From an uncultured Eubacteriales bacterium (lineage in GTDB: Bacteria; Bacillota; Clostridia; Oscillospirales; CAG-272), in the NCBI GenBank assembly GCA_900554225.1, contig USGH01000001.1, positions 1 through 47,796 on the forward strand: DNA of 47,796 bases, written 5' to 3'. The position numbers were made by a program, and so were the translations under genes. The notes under the pieces were generated by a model. That model was not told the origin of the DNA and made no database searches. It was given only the letters and a program-made list of their open reading frames with translations. Position 1 is the stretch's first letter, and each line of letters begins with the position of its first letter. This document shows, in pieces, positions 34,044 to 43,205 of the stretch.

Positions 34044-34853
34044 TTAGTGCTTCTTGGAAACAGCGTAGCCGGCAGCGGAAACGATAGCGGCAACAGCAGC
34101 GATGATCGCAGCGTCGAAGGTCTGCGGAGCTGCAACGGTGGTTTCAGCAGCAGCGGCGTCCACAACTTCTGCTTCGGTTTCAGCAGCCGGAGCTTCGGTT
34201 TCGGGTTCTGCAACCACTACAGCGTCAGCAACGAGCTCGAGGGATTCAGCATCCGGATTCTGGGAACCGGTAGCAACACCGCTGGTGTGCTCTGCATCGT
34301 AGGAGTCGTTTACCTGGAGAGCAAAACCAAAGGTCTTGCCGGCAGCAAGGTCGTTCATCGGGAATGCGCATTCTACTACCCAACCGTCGTCGTTCTGAAC
34401 AGCAGTGTGCTGGGAAGCGTCAAAGCCCTTTTCCCATGCAACAGCACCGTCGCCGTCCGCACCGAGGAAGAAGTTGCCGTCAGCAGCAGCGTGAATCTTG
34501 AACTTCAGATCTTCATCGAGGAACCACATTTCAGCAGCGTCGTTGTCCCAGCCCTGGTCAACGGTGGAAACGGGAGTGGAGTCAGCACCAACAACACAAA
34601 CGTACAGATAGTTGGAGTCCCAGAGGAAGTATGCGGTAGCGTCGCCGGAGTTAGCGATGTCGCCGTCGCCCCAAGCGTATACCCACTCCTTGTCGAGGGT
34701 GTAGGAAGCGGACTGGAGATAGATTTCGTCAAGCGCGCCGTCAACAACGGGAGTGCCGTTGAGGATCTTGCCGTTGACAACCGTAGCGGATGCAGCCACG
34801 GACAGTGCCATTACGAGAACAATGGCGAGGACCAGAGAAAGTGCCTTTTTCAT
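34044..34853 (-). CDS. Cell-surface carbohydrate-binding (CBM9-like) protein with C-terminal hydrophobic anchor
   Basis: Signal peptide MKKALSLVLAIVLVMALSVAASA. CBM9-like pattern (PVVDGALDEIY ... YFLWDSNYLYV ... DAAEMWF ... WVVECAFPM ... FGFALQVND). Acidic Ala/Glu/Thr linker, then APQTFD plus an 18-aa hydrophobic stretch plus SKKH. Confidence 0.7.
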   Translation of the reverse strand: MKKALSLVLAIVLVMALSVAASATVVNGKILNGTPVVDGALDEIYLQSASYTLDKEWVYAWGDGDIANSGDATAYFLWDSNYLYVCVVGADSTPVSTVDQGWDNDAAEMWFLDEDLKFKIHAAADGNFFLGADGDGAVAWEKGFDASQHTAVQNDDGWVVECAFPMNDLAAGKTFGFALQVNDSYDAEHTSGVATGSQNPDAESLELVADAVVVAEPETEAPAAETEAEVVDAAAAETTVAAPQTFDAAIIAAVAAIVSAAGYAVSKKH

Positions 34854-35177
34854 AGTGGTGTGTTTTCCTTTCTGAAAAAACATTTTTTGGCATAAAGCCG
34901 ATTTTGCATCACAGCTTCCGGTGCCTTCTCAGAGTATCTTGACCGGGATGAACCTCACAGTTCCTCACGAAGAAGATGGTCTCAAAAAGCAGCAGTATCA
35001 CTGTGTGGTGAAAAAGTTTATCCTATTTCTCTCCGTTTGTCAATACATTCGTCAAAGTTTGCAGCGAAAATGCAGAGATTTGGAGCAAACGTACAAAAAT
35101 CTGCGGTTAAAAATGGAGTTTTCCCCGATAAAACTGGATGGATTGCACAAAACGGAGGGGAATGCGATTGAATATAC

Positions 35178-35231
35178 AGAAAAGACGGCTGTGTAACCAT
35201 GCATCTGCGCACAGTCATACAGCCGTCTTTG
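35178..35231 (-). terminator. Intrinsic terminator downstream of copZ
   Basis: Minus strand: AAGACGGCTGT-(26 nt)-ACAGCCGTCTT followed by TTCTG, about 110 nt after the copZ stop. Confidence 0.55.
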
Positions 35232-35342
35232 GGAGCTTGCCGGATCGCAAAGTGTACGGAAATCGTACAGGAACGGCGGAAATGCGCGGAAATCGACAAA
35301 GGATCCGGTATGGATGCGACGATTTCCGCACCGACTTCCGTT

Positions 35343-35561
35343 TTACAGTGCCTTTGCCGTGAAGCCGAGCGCGGAGATCGCCTTCACGATGGCATCCACA
35401 TCGAGTGATTCCGGACAGGTCACATCCGCTTTGCCGAGCTTCAGATCAATATCCGCTTTGCAGCCGAGTGCCTTGAGTGCGGCTTCGACCTTCGCCACAC
35501 AATGGGAGCAGTGCATTCCCTCAATTGCCAGTTTTACAAGTTTCTTTTTACCAAACAACAT
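35343..35561 (-). CDS. copZ: Copper chaperone CopZ (HMA domain)
   Basis: 72 aa, LAIEGMHCSHCVAKVEAAL (MxCxxC). Confidence 0.85.
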   Translation of the reverse strand: MLFGKKKLVKLAIEGMHCSHCVAKVEAALKALGCKADIDLKLGKADVTCPESLDVDAIVKAISALGFTAKAL

Positions 35562-35735
35562 ATTTTCTTCCTCCTATACATGGAAATACAATAAGAATTG
35601 ACATGCCACGCCCCAAAAGTCCGTAAAAACAAGGGGAATGACAAATGCGAACCGATTCTGTAAAAGCCCGCTTCCGGAAGGCTTTGCGGGGAAAGGAGCG
35701 TTCTCCAAAGCGGTCGTTTTCCGGAGAACTCCCGG

Positions 35736-38000
35736 TCAGCCGCGCCAATGACGTAAGCGAAGCGCATTCAGTACGACACAGACGCTGGACAGGGACATGG
35801 CAGCAGCGGCGATCATGGGGGTCAGCTTCAGGTGGAAAAGGGGATTGAGCAGTCCGGCGGCGATCGGGATGCAGATCAGGTTGTAGAGAAACGCCCAGAG
35901 GAAGTTTTCCGCAACATTGCGCATGATGGCACGGCTGAGCCGGATCGACCGCGCCGCATCGCCGAGATCACTGCGCACCAGTACCACACCCGCTGAGGCA
36001 ATCGCAATGTCCGTCCCCTGACCGATCGCAATGCCGCAGTCCGCCTTCGCAAGGGCGGGTGCATCGTTCACGCCGTCGCCGACCATCACAACCGTCCGCC
36101 GCGTCGTGTCGCCGAAATAGCTGCCGTCCATGAGGCTTTCGACCACCGCCGCTTTGCCTTCCGGCTTGACCTGCGCCACAACCCGCGTGATTCCCGCTTC
36201 TTTTGCGATGGCTTCCGCTGTCACCGGATTGTCGCCCGTCAGCATCACGACCTCGCAGCCCGCCTCGCGCATCGACTGCACCGCGGCAGGACTGGTCGCC
36301 TTGATCCGGTCGCCGATTGCAAATACGCCCTCGATCCGCTCGCCTGCAAAATACACCGGCGTCAACCCGCGCCGCGCCAGATCATCCGCGATTTTTTGGA
36401 TTGTATCGTCCATCGATGCGATGCCGACGGAGACCAGATACGATGCGTTGCCGCAGAAATACCGTCTGCCGCCGATCCTGCCGGAAACGCCGCCGCCAAA
36501 GGTCACATCGTAGTCTGTGCATTCCGGTATTTCCCCGGTGTAAGCAGAGACGATTGCGCGTCCGATCGGATGCTCACTTGCCGACTCCAATGCCGCACCG
36601 TATGCCGCAAGGGTGGCTTTGTCCATCCCGCCCACCGGATAGATCTCCGTCAGTTCCATCTTGCCTTCCGTGATCGTCCCCGTTTTGTCGAGCGTCACCA
36701 CCTTCGCCTTGTTCAGCGCGTCAATGGCATCCGCACTTTTGATGAGGATCCCGCATTCCGCACCGCGCCCGATTCCGCACATGATCGCCGTCGGAGACGC
36801 AAGACCGAGCGCACACGGACACGAGATCACAAGCACCGAAATGCCAAAGCTCACCGCTGTGTCCAGACTGCCGGACGCGATCCACCAGATGATGAACGTC
36901 AGAAGCGCAATGGAGCAGACGACCGGCACGAAGATCCCGCTGATTTTGTCTGCCAGCTTCTGTACCGGTGCCTTGGACGTCGCCGCCTCCTCCACCATTG
37001 CCGCGATCTTTGCCACCGTCGTCTCTTCGCCGACCGATTCCGCGCGCATCTCTGCGTATCCCGTCACAAGGATCGTCCCGCAGATCAGCGTGTCGCCGAC
37101 GTTTTTCTCCACCGGTACGCTCTCGCCCGTGATCACACTCTCGTCAGAGGCACCGCCGCCTGTCACGATCACCCCGTCGCACGGGATCCCGCTGCCGGCA
37201 CGGATCAACACGATGTCCCCGGCGGTGAGCGTATCCGCCGGGATCGTTACGATTTCGTCACCGCGCCGTACCTCCGCCGTTTTCGGTGCCAGATCCAAAA
37301 GCTTCCGTACCGCGTCCGAGGTCCGCCGTCTGGCACGCAGCTCCAAGGTTCGTCCTACCGTGATGAGCGCGAGGATCATCGTCACCGATTCAAAATGCAA
37401 TTCGTGCGACAGATGCATGATGTGCGCGCCGGTAGTCGCACCGATCACCATCTTCACAAGCACGTAGATCCCGTAGAGGAAGGACGCGCCGGAGCCGAGT
37501 GCGATCAGCGTATTCATGTTCGCGCTGCCATGGATCGCTCCGCGCAGACCATCCCGGTAGTAGCTCCGGTTGATCCACATCACCGGAAAGGCGAGACAGA
37601 GCTGAAGCAGTCCATTCCACAGCGGGGTCAGCATCCCTGCTTCCGGATCGATTATGGACGGCAGCGGCAGAGCGATCATGTGCCCCATCGTCACGTACAT
37701 CATGATCAGTGCGAAAACGACCGATTTCCACAGCCGACCGCGCAGATCCCGGTAGCGCACCTCATCCGGATCTTCCCGCGGTGTGCCATCGTCTACGGCT
37801 GCGCTGTATCCCGCACGATCCACAGCGGCGCAGATCGTCTCGTCGTTTGTTTTTGCGGGATCGTATCGGACCGTCATGCGGTTCGCCATCAGACTGACTG
37901 CAACGTCCTCCACGCCGTCCACCTGCCGTACCGCTCTGTCCACTGCCGCCGAGCAAGCCGAACAGCTCATCCCGCCAACCACATATTTTTGTGTCGTCAT
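35736..38000 (-). CDS. copA: Copper-translocating P-type ATPase CopA (P1B-type)
   Basis: N-terminal HMA GGMSCSACSAAV, TM6 SCPCALGLASP (CPC), DKTGTITEG, GDGVNDAPAL. Confidence 0.9.
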   Translation of the reverse strand: MTTQKYVVGGMSCSACSAAVDRAVRQVDGVEDVAVSLMANRMTVRYDPAKTNDETICAAVDRAGYSAAVDDGTPREDPDEVRYRDLRGRLWKSVVFALIMMYVTMGHMIALPLPSIIDPEAGMLTPLWNGLLQLCLAFPVMWINRSYYRDGLRGAIHGSANMNTLIALGSGASFLYGIYVLVKMVIGATTGAHIMHLSHELHFESVTMILALITVGRTLELRARRRTSDAVRKLLDLAPKTAEVRRGDEIVTIPADTLTAGDIVLIRAGSGIPCDGVIVTGGGASDESVITGESVPVEKNVGDTLICGTILVTGYAEMRAESVGEETTVAKIAAMVEEAATSKAPVQKLADKISGIFVPVVCSIALLTFIIWWIASGSLDTAVSFGISVLVISCPCALGLASPTAIMCGIGRGAECGILIKSADAIDALNKAKVVTLDKTGTITEGKMELTEIYPVGGMDKATLAAYGAALESASEHPIGRAIVSAYTGEIPECTDYDVTFGGGVSGRIGGRRYFCGNASYLVSVGIASMDDTIQKIADDLARRGLTPVYFAGERIEGVFAIGDRIKATSPAAVQSMREAGCEVVMLTGDNPVTAEAIAKEAGITRVVAQVKPEGKAAVVESLMDGSYFGDTTRRTVVMVGDGVNDAPALAKADCGIAIGQGTDIAIASAGVVLVRSDLGDAARSIRLSRAIMRNVAENFLWAFLYNLICIPIAAGLLNPLFHLKLTPMIAAAAMSLSSVCVVLNALRLRHWRG

Positions 38001-38257
38001 ACAATCCCTCTCTTCGTTTTTGGATTTCCCGGAATATGTCTATATAATAATGTAGGGTTCTGGTAAGTATCTCCTAACCATTATTCCTGAATTTACCACA
38101 ATTTCCTGAAACTGGCGGAAACTGTGGCGTAATTTGTGCCGCACATGGCGTATTGCATCCCAAAATTTGCGATGCCTGTTTTGTATCGTATGCGAAAAAG
38201 GATGGCTTCAGGGGGCTGTCGTACCCCAAACCGTCATGCATGCGTATCGTTGCAGCC

Positions 38258-39046
38258 TTAAAAATCCGCGCCGGAGATCGCCATTTTGCGCAGATAGGTG
38301 ACGATCCCGTTTTCCTGGATGTTGTATGCCAGAGGAATGGGGGAGCCGATTCCCGCCGCAATGAGAGACGCGCTGCAATTCACCGTGAGCGTTTTTCCGG
38401 TGCCGATCTCGCCGGAGGTCAGTCGGGAAAAGACCGCGTTGATGATGCCGCCGTGCGTCACGCCGAGAATCACGCGCTCCCGACACGCCTCGAGCATATC
38501 GTCAAACGCACGGAACATACGCGCTGCCGCCATCGGAACACTTTCAACATTGCCTGCCTGCCGTTCACCGCCCGGAAACAGACGGCGTCGCTCTTCGATG
38601 GTCAACCCGGACAGCTTGCCGTAATCGCGCTCCATGAGATTGTCGAGAATGAGTAGTCCCGAGTGATCCGCAAAGGTCATATCCGGTTCCGGCAGTACAT
38701 TTGCGCGATGGGGCAGAGAGAGCAGGGCGGCAATGGAGGCTGCGGTATCGGCGGCACGGGATAAGGGGGACGAGCAGACCGTCCCGTAGCGCACGCCATA
38801 ATCGAGCGTTTCCCGAAAATAGAGTGCCGTTTTGTACGCCTGCATCCTGCCGTTCTGGTTGAGCGGGACATCCTCGCGTCCCTGCAGCCGTTTGATCTGA
38901 TTCCAGTCGGTCTGACCGTGCCGCAGGAGAATGATGAGCCGCCGTCCCTCGGAGAGCAGATGTGCTGCCTGACTGGGGGATGCGAGATATACCGGATAGG
39001 TCGGGAGCGTTCGTCCGCGTTTGGTGCCGTGTACGTTCTGCGCCAT
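38258..39046 (-). CDS. Histidine phosphatase family protein (phosphoglycerate-mutase-like)
   Basis: LIILLRHGQTDWNQIKRLQGREDVPLNQNG (RHG motif) and VTHGG. Start re-picked at MAQNVHG. Confidence 0.8.
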   Translation of the reverse strand: MAQNVHGTKRGRTLPTYPVYLASPSQAAHLLSEGRRLIILLRHGQTDWNQIKRLQGREDVPLNQNGRMQAYKTALYFRETLDYGVRYGTVCSSPLSRAADTAASIAALLSLPHRANVLPEPDMTFADHSGLLILDNLMERDYGKLSGLTIEERRRLFPGGERQAGNVESVPMAAARMFRAFDDMLEACRERVILGVTHGGIINAVFSRLTSGEIGTGKTLTVNCSASLIAAGIGSPIPLAYNIQENGIVTYLRKMAISGADF

Positions 39047-39120
39047 GCGATCACACCTCTTTTCCATGAGAAGCTTACAATTTTTTCTGTACATCTTTGA
39101 CCTTTGGATGCACCTTCCTT

Positions 39121-39149
39121 ATTATACTATAGATGGGGAACGCTGTCAA
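39121..39149 (-). promoter_or_regulatory. Perfect-consensus sigma-A promoter (TTGACA-17-TATAAT) for the histidine-phosphatase gene
   Basis: Minus strand: cccTTGACAgcgttccccatctatagTATAATaagg, about 75 nt upstream of the ATG at 39046. Confidence 0.65.
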
Positions 39150-39282
39150 GGGAGTAGGATGCCTTTCGGAGTTTTTGTACCTACAGACAGAAACATGGCG
39201 GCACAAATTGGGAAATCCGCTGAATCCCTGTGGGCGCGTGCCGTTTCACGAAAACTTTTTCGGAGAAATCGGGAAAAAACCG

Positions 39283-39311
39283 TTTACAAAACCGGCGCGG
39301 TGGTGTATAAT
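39283..39311 (+). promoter_or_regulatory. Sigma-A promoter (TTTACA-17-TATAAT, TG-extended) upstream of the T-box leader
   Basis: cgTTTACAaaaccggcgcggtggtgTATAATgat, about 70 nt upstream of the T-box stem I base. Confidence 0.5.
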
Positions 39312-39380
39312 GATAGTGCGGATCTGGGAAATCGGGTGCGCCAATGGGACGTGGAACGAGAAGAATCGACAATGCGGTTT

Positions 39381-39578
39381 GTGATAAACAGAGAGTATCC
39401 GGCTGGTGGAAAGGATACGCAGAAACGGCGGTCGGCTGTGCGCTCGGGAGTCTCGCTTTGTAATGAAGCGCGCGTCGCCTGCGTTATCGGGCAGATATAG
39501 TGAGAAATAAGAGTGGAACCGCGGGAAATCGCCTCTTAGAGATGGAAAATATGTCCATTTCGGGAGACGTTTTTTTGT
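39381..39578 (+). promoter_or_regulatory. T-box riboswitch leader, cysteine-specific (specifier UGC at about 39480..39482), with terminator
   Basis: Stem I base GAUAA(A)C/GUUAUC, AGAGAGUA motif, GGUGGAA-containing distal loop, and UGC immediately 5' of the closing strand. T-box sequence AGAGUGGAACCGCGGGA (39510..39526); the UGGA bulge has A complementary to the U73 discriminator of tRNA-Cys. Terminator GAGAUGGA-(7 nt)-UCCAUUUC extended by CUC/GAG, then U7 (39531..39577). It precedes cysE and cysS. Confidence 0.8.
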
Positions 39579-39598
39579 TCCCGCAGAAAGGAATCCGC

Positions 39599-40486
39599 AT
39601 GAAGATTCACATTACCATACAAAAACAAAAGCCGCAAAGCGCGAAAAAGGACGTACCGCTGCCGCAGGAGCTGCGCCGCAGGATCGATGCCATTCTTGCC
39701 GATGTGGATGCGATCTGTGACAGAGACCCCGCTGCTCTCGGCCGTGGCGAAGTGATCTTTCTCTACTCCGGTTTTCACGCGGTGCTGCTGTACCGGCTTG
39801 CCCACGCGCTTTTGCAGAAGGGGTATCCTCTGACGGCGCGGGCGGTCTCCCAGTTCACGCGGTTTGTAACGGGGATCGAGATTCATCCGGGCGCGACCAT
39901 TGGCAAGGGGCTGTTCATTGACCACGGTTCCGGTGTGGTGATCGGGGAAACGGCGGTCATCGGCGACAACTGTACGATCTATCAGGGTGTGACGCTCGGC
40001 GGTACCGGAAAGGACACAGGCAAACGCCATCCCACGCTGGGGGATAACGTCATGGTCGGCGCGGGTGCAAAGCTGCTCGGCAATTTCACCGTCGGCTCCG
40101 GCTCCAAGATTGCGGCAGGTGCCGTGGTGCTGACCGATATTCCGGAAAACGCCACAGCGGTAGGTGTCCCGGCAAAGGTAGTCCGACAGAACGGCGCGAA
40201 GATCCAGACGCAGGATCTCGATCAGGTCCATATGCCCGACCCGGTGGAGTGTGAGATCACAACGGTCTGTGAACGCGTCGCAAAGCTGGAGCAAAAGCTG
40301 TCCGCGCTGCTTGCAAAGCTCCCGGACAATACGGCTGCGCTGCATACGGATGTACCCTGCAGCTGCGGGGAAAAAGCGGATGTGCCTGCCGCGGATGCTG
40401 TGCCTTCCGCGGATGGTGTACCTTCCGCAATGGACGCGCCTGTTGAGTCCGCGGAGAACGAACCGGAGAATGGCGGGGAGCAATGA
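39599..40486 (+). CDS. cysE: Serine O-acetyltransferase CysE with low-complexity C-terminal tail
   Basis: FLYSGFHAVLLYRLAH ... IHPGATIGKGLFIDHGSGVVIGETAVIGDNCTIYQGVTLGG ... KRHPTLGDNVMVGAGAKLLG (hexapeptide repeats). Start re-picked at MKIHIT with a GAAAGGAA RBS just after the T-box terminator. Confidence 0.9.
   Translation: MKIHITIQKQKPQSAKKDVPLPQELRRRIDAILADVDAICDRDPAALGRGEVIFLYSGFHAVLLYRLAHALLQKGYPLTARAVSQFTRFVTGIEIHPGATIGKGLFIDHGSGVVIGETAVIGDNCTIYQGVTLGGTGKDTGKRHPTLGDNVMVGAGAKLLGNFTVGSGSKIAAGAVVLTDIPENATAVGVPAKVVRQNGAKIQTQDLDQVHMPDPVECEITTVCERVAKLEQKLSALLAKLPDNTAALHTDVPCSCGEKADVPAADAVPSADGVPSAMDAPVESAENEPENGGEQ
40382..40435 (+). repeat. 3 x 18-nt imperfect tandem repeat inside the cysE tail (VPAADA/VPSADG/VPSAMD)
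   Basis: gtgcctgccgcggatgct / gtgccttccgcggatggt / gtaccttccgcaatggac. Confidence 0.7.
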
Positions 40487-40631
40487 CAGGACGGGAAAAT
40501 GTCCGAAAAAAGTCACATCCCCGTCATGGAACCGCGCGGATTTTTATGCCGATCTGTGGTACGATATAGGTTAGAAAGCTTTGTCCTATAGTCAGTCTCG
40601 GCATATCGCCGCAGAAAGGAGCGTTTTTACT

Positions 40632-41576
40632 ATGCAATGTCCTCATTGTCACACAGAGCTATACGATACCGACCGATTCTGTCCCCACTGCGGGAAACCG
40701 CGTCCCTGTCCTGCCTCTCCGTTCAAAAAGGGAGTCGCTGCGATTGCTAAGGCGGTGGGCTTTGTACTGCTTTTCCTCGTGGTGCAGTCCGCAACCTCCG
40801 GGATCTATTCCGGGATTCTTGTCGTACAGAATATCATGGCGTCCGGGGGAAATCTGTCTGAAGCGGAGCTGTACGACAGCATCTACAACGCGCTGTACCA
40901 GAATATCAGCCTCGTCAGCCTGATCTCCGGACTGATCACGATTCTGTTCTTAGCCTTATTCTTTGCCGTGCAGCAAAAAAATATGTTTGCCGAGATCCAT
41001 CTTCGCAAGGTGAAACCTTCCATGATCCTCTGGGCAGCACTTGCCGGAGCCGCGTTCAATATCTTCATCTCTGTGACGATCAATTTCCTGCCGCTGCCGG
41101 ACGCGTGGTTTGCCGGACTCGAGGAGCAGTACAGCTATCTCGGCGAACAGAACAGCTTGCTTCTGGAGATCCTCACCACCTCCGTTCTCACCGGATTTCT
41201 GGAAGAAACGATCTTCCGCGGATTGGTCGATTCCCGTTTGCGCACCGGACTGCCCACATGGCTTTCCGTGATCCTCTCCGCACTCATTTTCGGATTGTGC
41301 CACGGTACGCCCATCGCCATCGGATACGCTTTTGTGGTCGGACTGGTATTTTCGCTGCTGTTTCTGCGCCACGGCTCCATTCTGCCGTCCATCGTCTGCC
41401 ATATGTGCTTCAACCTGACCTCCATCTTCTTGACGACGGACAACCCCGTTCTGCTGCTCGGACTGTATCTCATCTCCATCGGCACACTGCTGTTCGCCTT
41501 CTATATGCTCTTTCGCCGGGACGATGCAGCACCGGATGTGCCGCAGATCGAAAAGCTCCCGACGGATAAAAACTGA
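40632..41576 (+). CDS. CPBP family intramembrane glutamic endopeptidase (CAAX-protease-like) with N-terminal zinc-ribbon
   Basis: MQCPHCHTELYDTDRFCPHCG (CxxC..CxxC). CPBP motifs GFLEETIFRG (EExxxR), FGLCHG and HMCFNL. AAAGGAG RBS. Confidence 0.8.
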   Translation: MQCPHCHTELYDTDRFCPHCGKPRPCPASPFKKGVAAIAKAVGFVLLFLVVQSATSGIYSGILVVQNIMASGGNLSEAELYDSIYNALYQNISLVSLISGLITILFLALFFAVQQKNMFAEIHLRKVKPSMILWAALAGAAFNIFISVTINFLPLPDAWFAGLEEQYSYLGEQNSLLLEILTTSVLTGFLEETIFRGLVDSRLRTGLPTWLSVILSALIFGLCHGTPIAIGYAFVVGLVFSLLFLRHGSILPSIVCHMCFNLTSIFLTTDNPVLLLGLYLISIGTLLFAFYMLFRRDDAAPDVPQIEKLPTDKN

Positions 41577-41614
41577 CCGATATATCATACGTTTTCTGAG
41601 AAAGGAATTTCCAA

Positions 41615-43078
41615 ATGATGGATAGCTCTCTGCTTCTGTATAATAGCTTAACGCATTCCCGCGACCCGTTTCGCACCCATACGCCCGGAGTCGTAAAAAT
41701 GTACACCTGCGGTCCGACCGTGTACCATTTCGCACACATCGGCAATCTCCGCACGTACATCATGGAGGATATTCTCGAACGGTACCTCCGTTATTCCGGC
41801 TATGACGTGACCCGCGCCATGAACATCACCGACGTTGGACATCTGTCGAGCGACGCGGATACCGGTGAGGATAAGATGCTCAAGGGCGCGCGCCGGGAGC
41901 ATAAGACCGTCATGGAGATCGCGAAATACTACACCGACGCGTTCTTCGCCGACTGTGATAAGCTCCACATCAAGCGTCCGGACATCGTTATGCCCGCCAC
42001 CTCCTGCATACCGGAATTTATCCATATGATCGAGGTGCTTCTCGAAAAGGGATACGCGTATCTCGCCGAGGGCAACGTCTATTTCGACACCTCCAGGCTC
42101 ACGGAATATTACGTGTTCAATAAGCACGACGCGGAGGATCTGGCTGTCGGTGTGCGCGAGGGCGTGGAGGAGGATCATGCCAAGCGGAACAAATGCGACT
42201 TTGTGCTCTGGTTCACAAAATCGAAATTTGAGGATCAGGAGCTGAAGTGGGACAGCCCATGGGGACTCGGATATCCCGGCTGGCACATCGAATGCTCCGC
42301 CATCAGCATCAAGAACCTTGGCGAATATCTTGACCTCCATTGCGGCGGCATCGACAACGCGTTCCCGCACCATACCAACGAAATCGCACAAAGCGAAGCG
42401 TATCTCGGTCATCCGTGGTGCCCGCAGTGGTTCCATGTCCTCCATCTCAACACCTCCTCCGGCAAAATGTCCAAGTCTACGGGCGAATTTCTCACCCTGT
42501 CGCTTCTGGAACAAAAGGGCTACGATCCCATGGTCTACCGTCTCTTCTGCCTCCAGTCCCATTACCGGAAGAATCTCGTGTTCTCCTATGAGGGACTAGA
42601 CAATACGGCTGCCAGCTACGAAAAGCTCATCGCACGGATCGCCGCGCTGGATCCGACCGATACAGCTCCCATCGATCAAGCGGTTTGGGACAAGCACCGG
42701 AATACCTTCCGCGAGGCAATGGACAACGATCTCAATACCTCTCTCGCCATCACCTCCGTGTACGACGTGCTGAAGGAAAAAACCAACGATGCGACCAAAC
42801 GCGCTCTGCTCGCCGATTTCGATCGCGTCCTTGCCCTTGGACTTCTGGAAGAAGCCGATGCAAAACGGAAGGCAGACGCGGAAAAATCCACCGCAGCCGA
42901 GAGCACACCCGACGTGGAGCCGGAGCTGGATGCAAAGATCCGCGCCATGATCGAGGAAAGAGCGGCGGCGAAGAAGGCAAAGGACTACGCACGCGCCGAC
43001 GAAATCCGCACGGAGCTGACGAATATGGGCGTGATCCTCAAGGATACGAAGGAAGGCACCACCTATACCCTTGCATAA
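41615..43078 (+). CDS. cysS: Cysteine--tRNA ligase
   Basis: [18 protein letters not shown] (HIGH-type), [28 protein letters not shown] (KMSKS), and a C-terminal DALR-like region. Confidence 0.95.
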   Translation: MMDSSLLLYNSLTHSRDPFRTHTPGVVKMYTCGPTVYHFAHIGNLRTYIMEDILERYLRYSGYDVTRAMNITDVGHLSSDADTGEDKMLKGARREHKTVMEIAKYYTDAFFADCDKLHIKRPDIVMPATSCIPEFIHMIEVLLEKGYAYLAEGNVYFDTSRLTEYYVFNKHDAEDLAVGVREGVEEDHAKRNKCDFVLWFTKSKFEDQELKWDSPWGLGYPGWHIECSAISIKNLGEYLDLHCGGIDNAFPHHTNEIAQSEAYLGHPWCPQWFHVLHLNTSSGKMSKSTGEFLTLSLLEQKGYDPMVYRLFCLQSHYRKNLVFSYEGLDNTAASYEKLIARIAALDPTDTAPIDQAVWDKHRNTFREAMDNDLNTSLAITSVYDVLKEKTNDATKRALLADFDRVLALGLLEEADAKRKADAEKSTAAESTPDVEPELDAKIRAMIEERAAAKKAKDYARADEIRTELTNMGVILKDTKEGTTYTLA

Positions 43079-43134
43079 ATGCAGGAACGCTGTCCTATCC
43101 GGTATTTTGCCGGTGCAGCATTCCCCCATACATC

Positions 43135-43190
43135 AAAAAACGACCGATGGTTCGGGACAATTCTCTCCCGCGCCTATCGGTCATTTTTGT
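43135..43190. terminator. Bidirectional terminator after cysS
   Basis: aaaaaacGACCGAT-(27 nt with inner CGGGA/TCCCG)-ATCGGTCatttttg. Confidence 0.5.
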
Positions 43191-43205
43191 TGTGATCTGG
43201 TATGC

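Noticed and set aside
34921-35196. 91-aa ORF in the AT-richer region between the CBM9-like gene and copZ.
   Set aside because: GTG start without an RBS. It overlaps the predicted promoter and long 5' UTR of the CBM9-like gene and ends inside the copZ terminator hairpin. No homology was recognised.
39094-39165. A plus-strand promoter-like TTGACC-17-TATTAT, and an AAGGGAGTAGG string reminiscent of the Mn2+ riboswitch core.
   Set aside because: The region is better explained by the perfect minus-strand TTGACA-17-TATAAT promoter of the phosphatase gene. The GGGAGUAG-like string lacks every other yybP-ykoY element and has no downstream metal gene.
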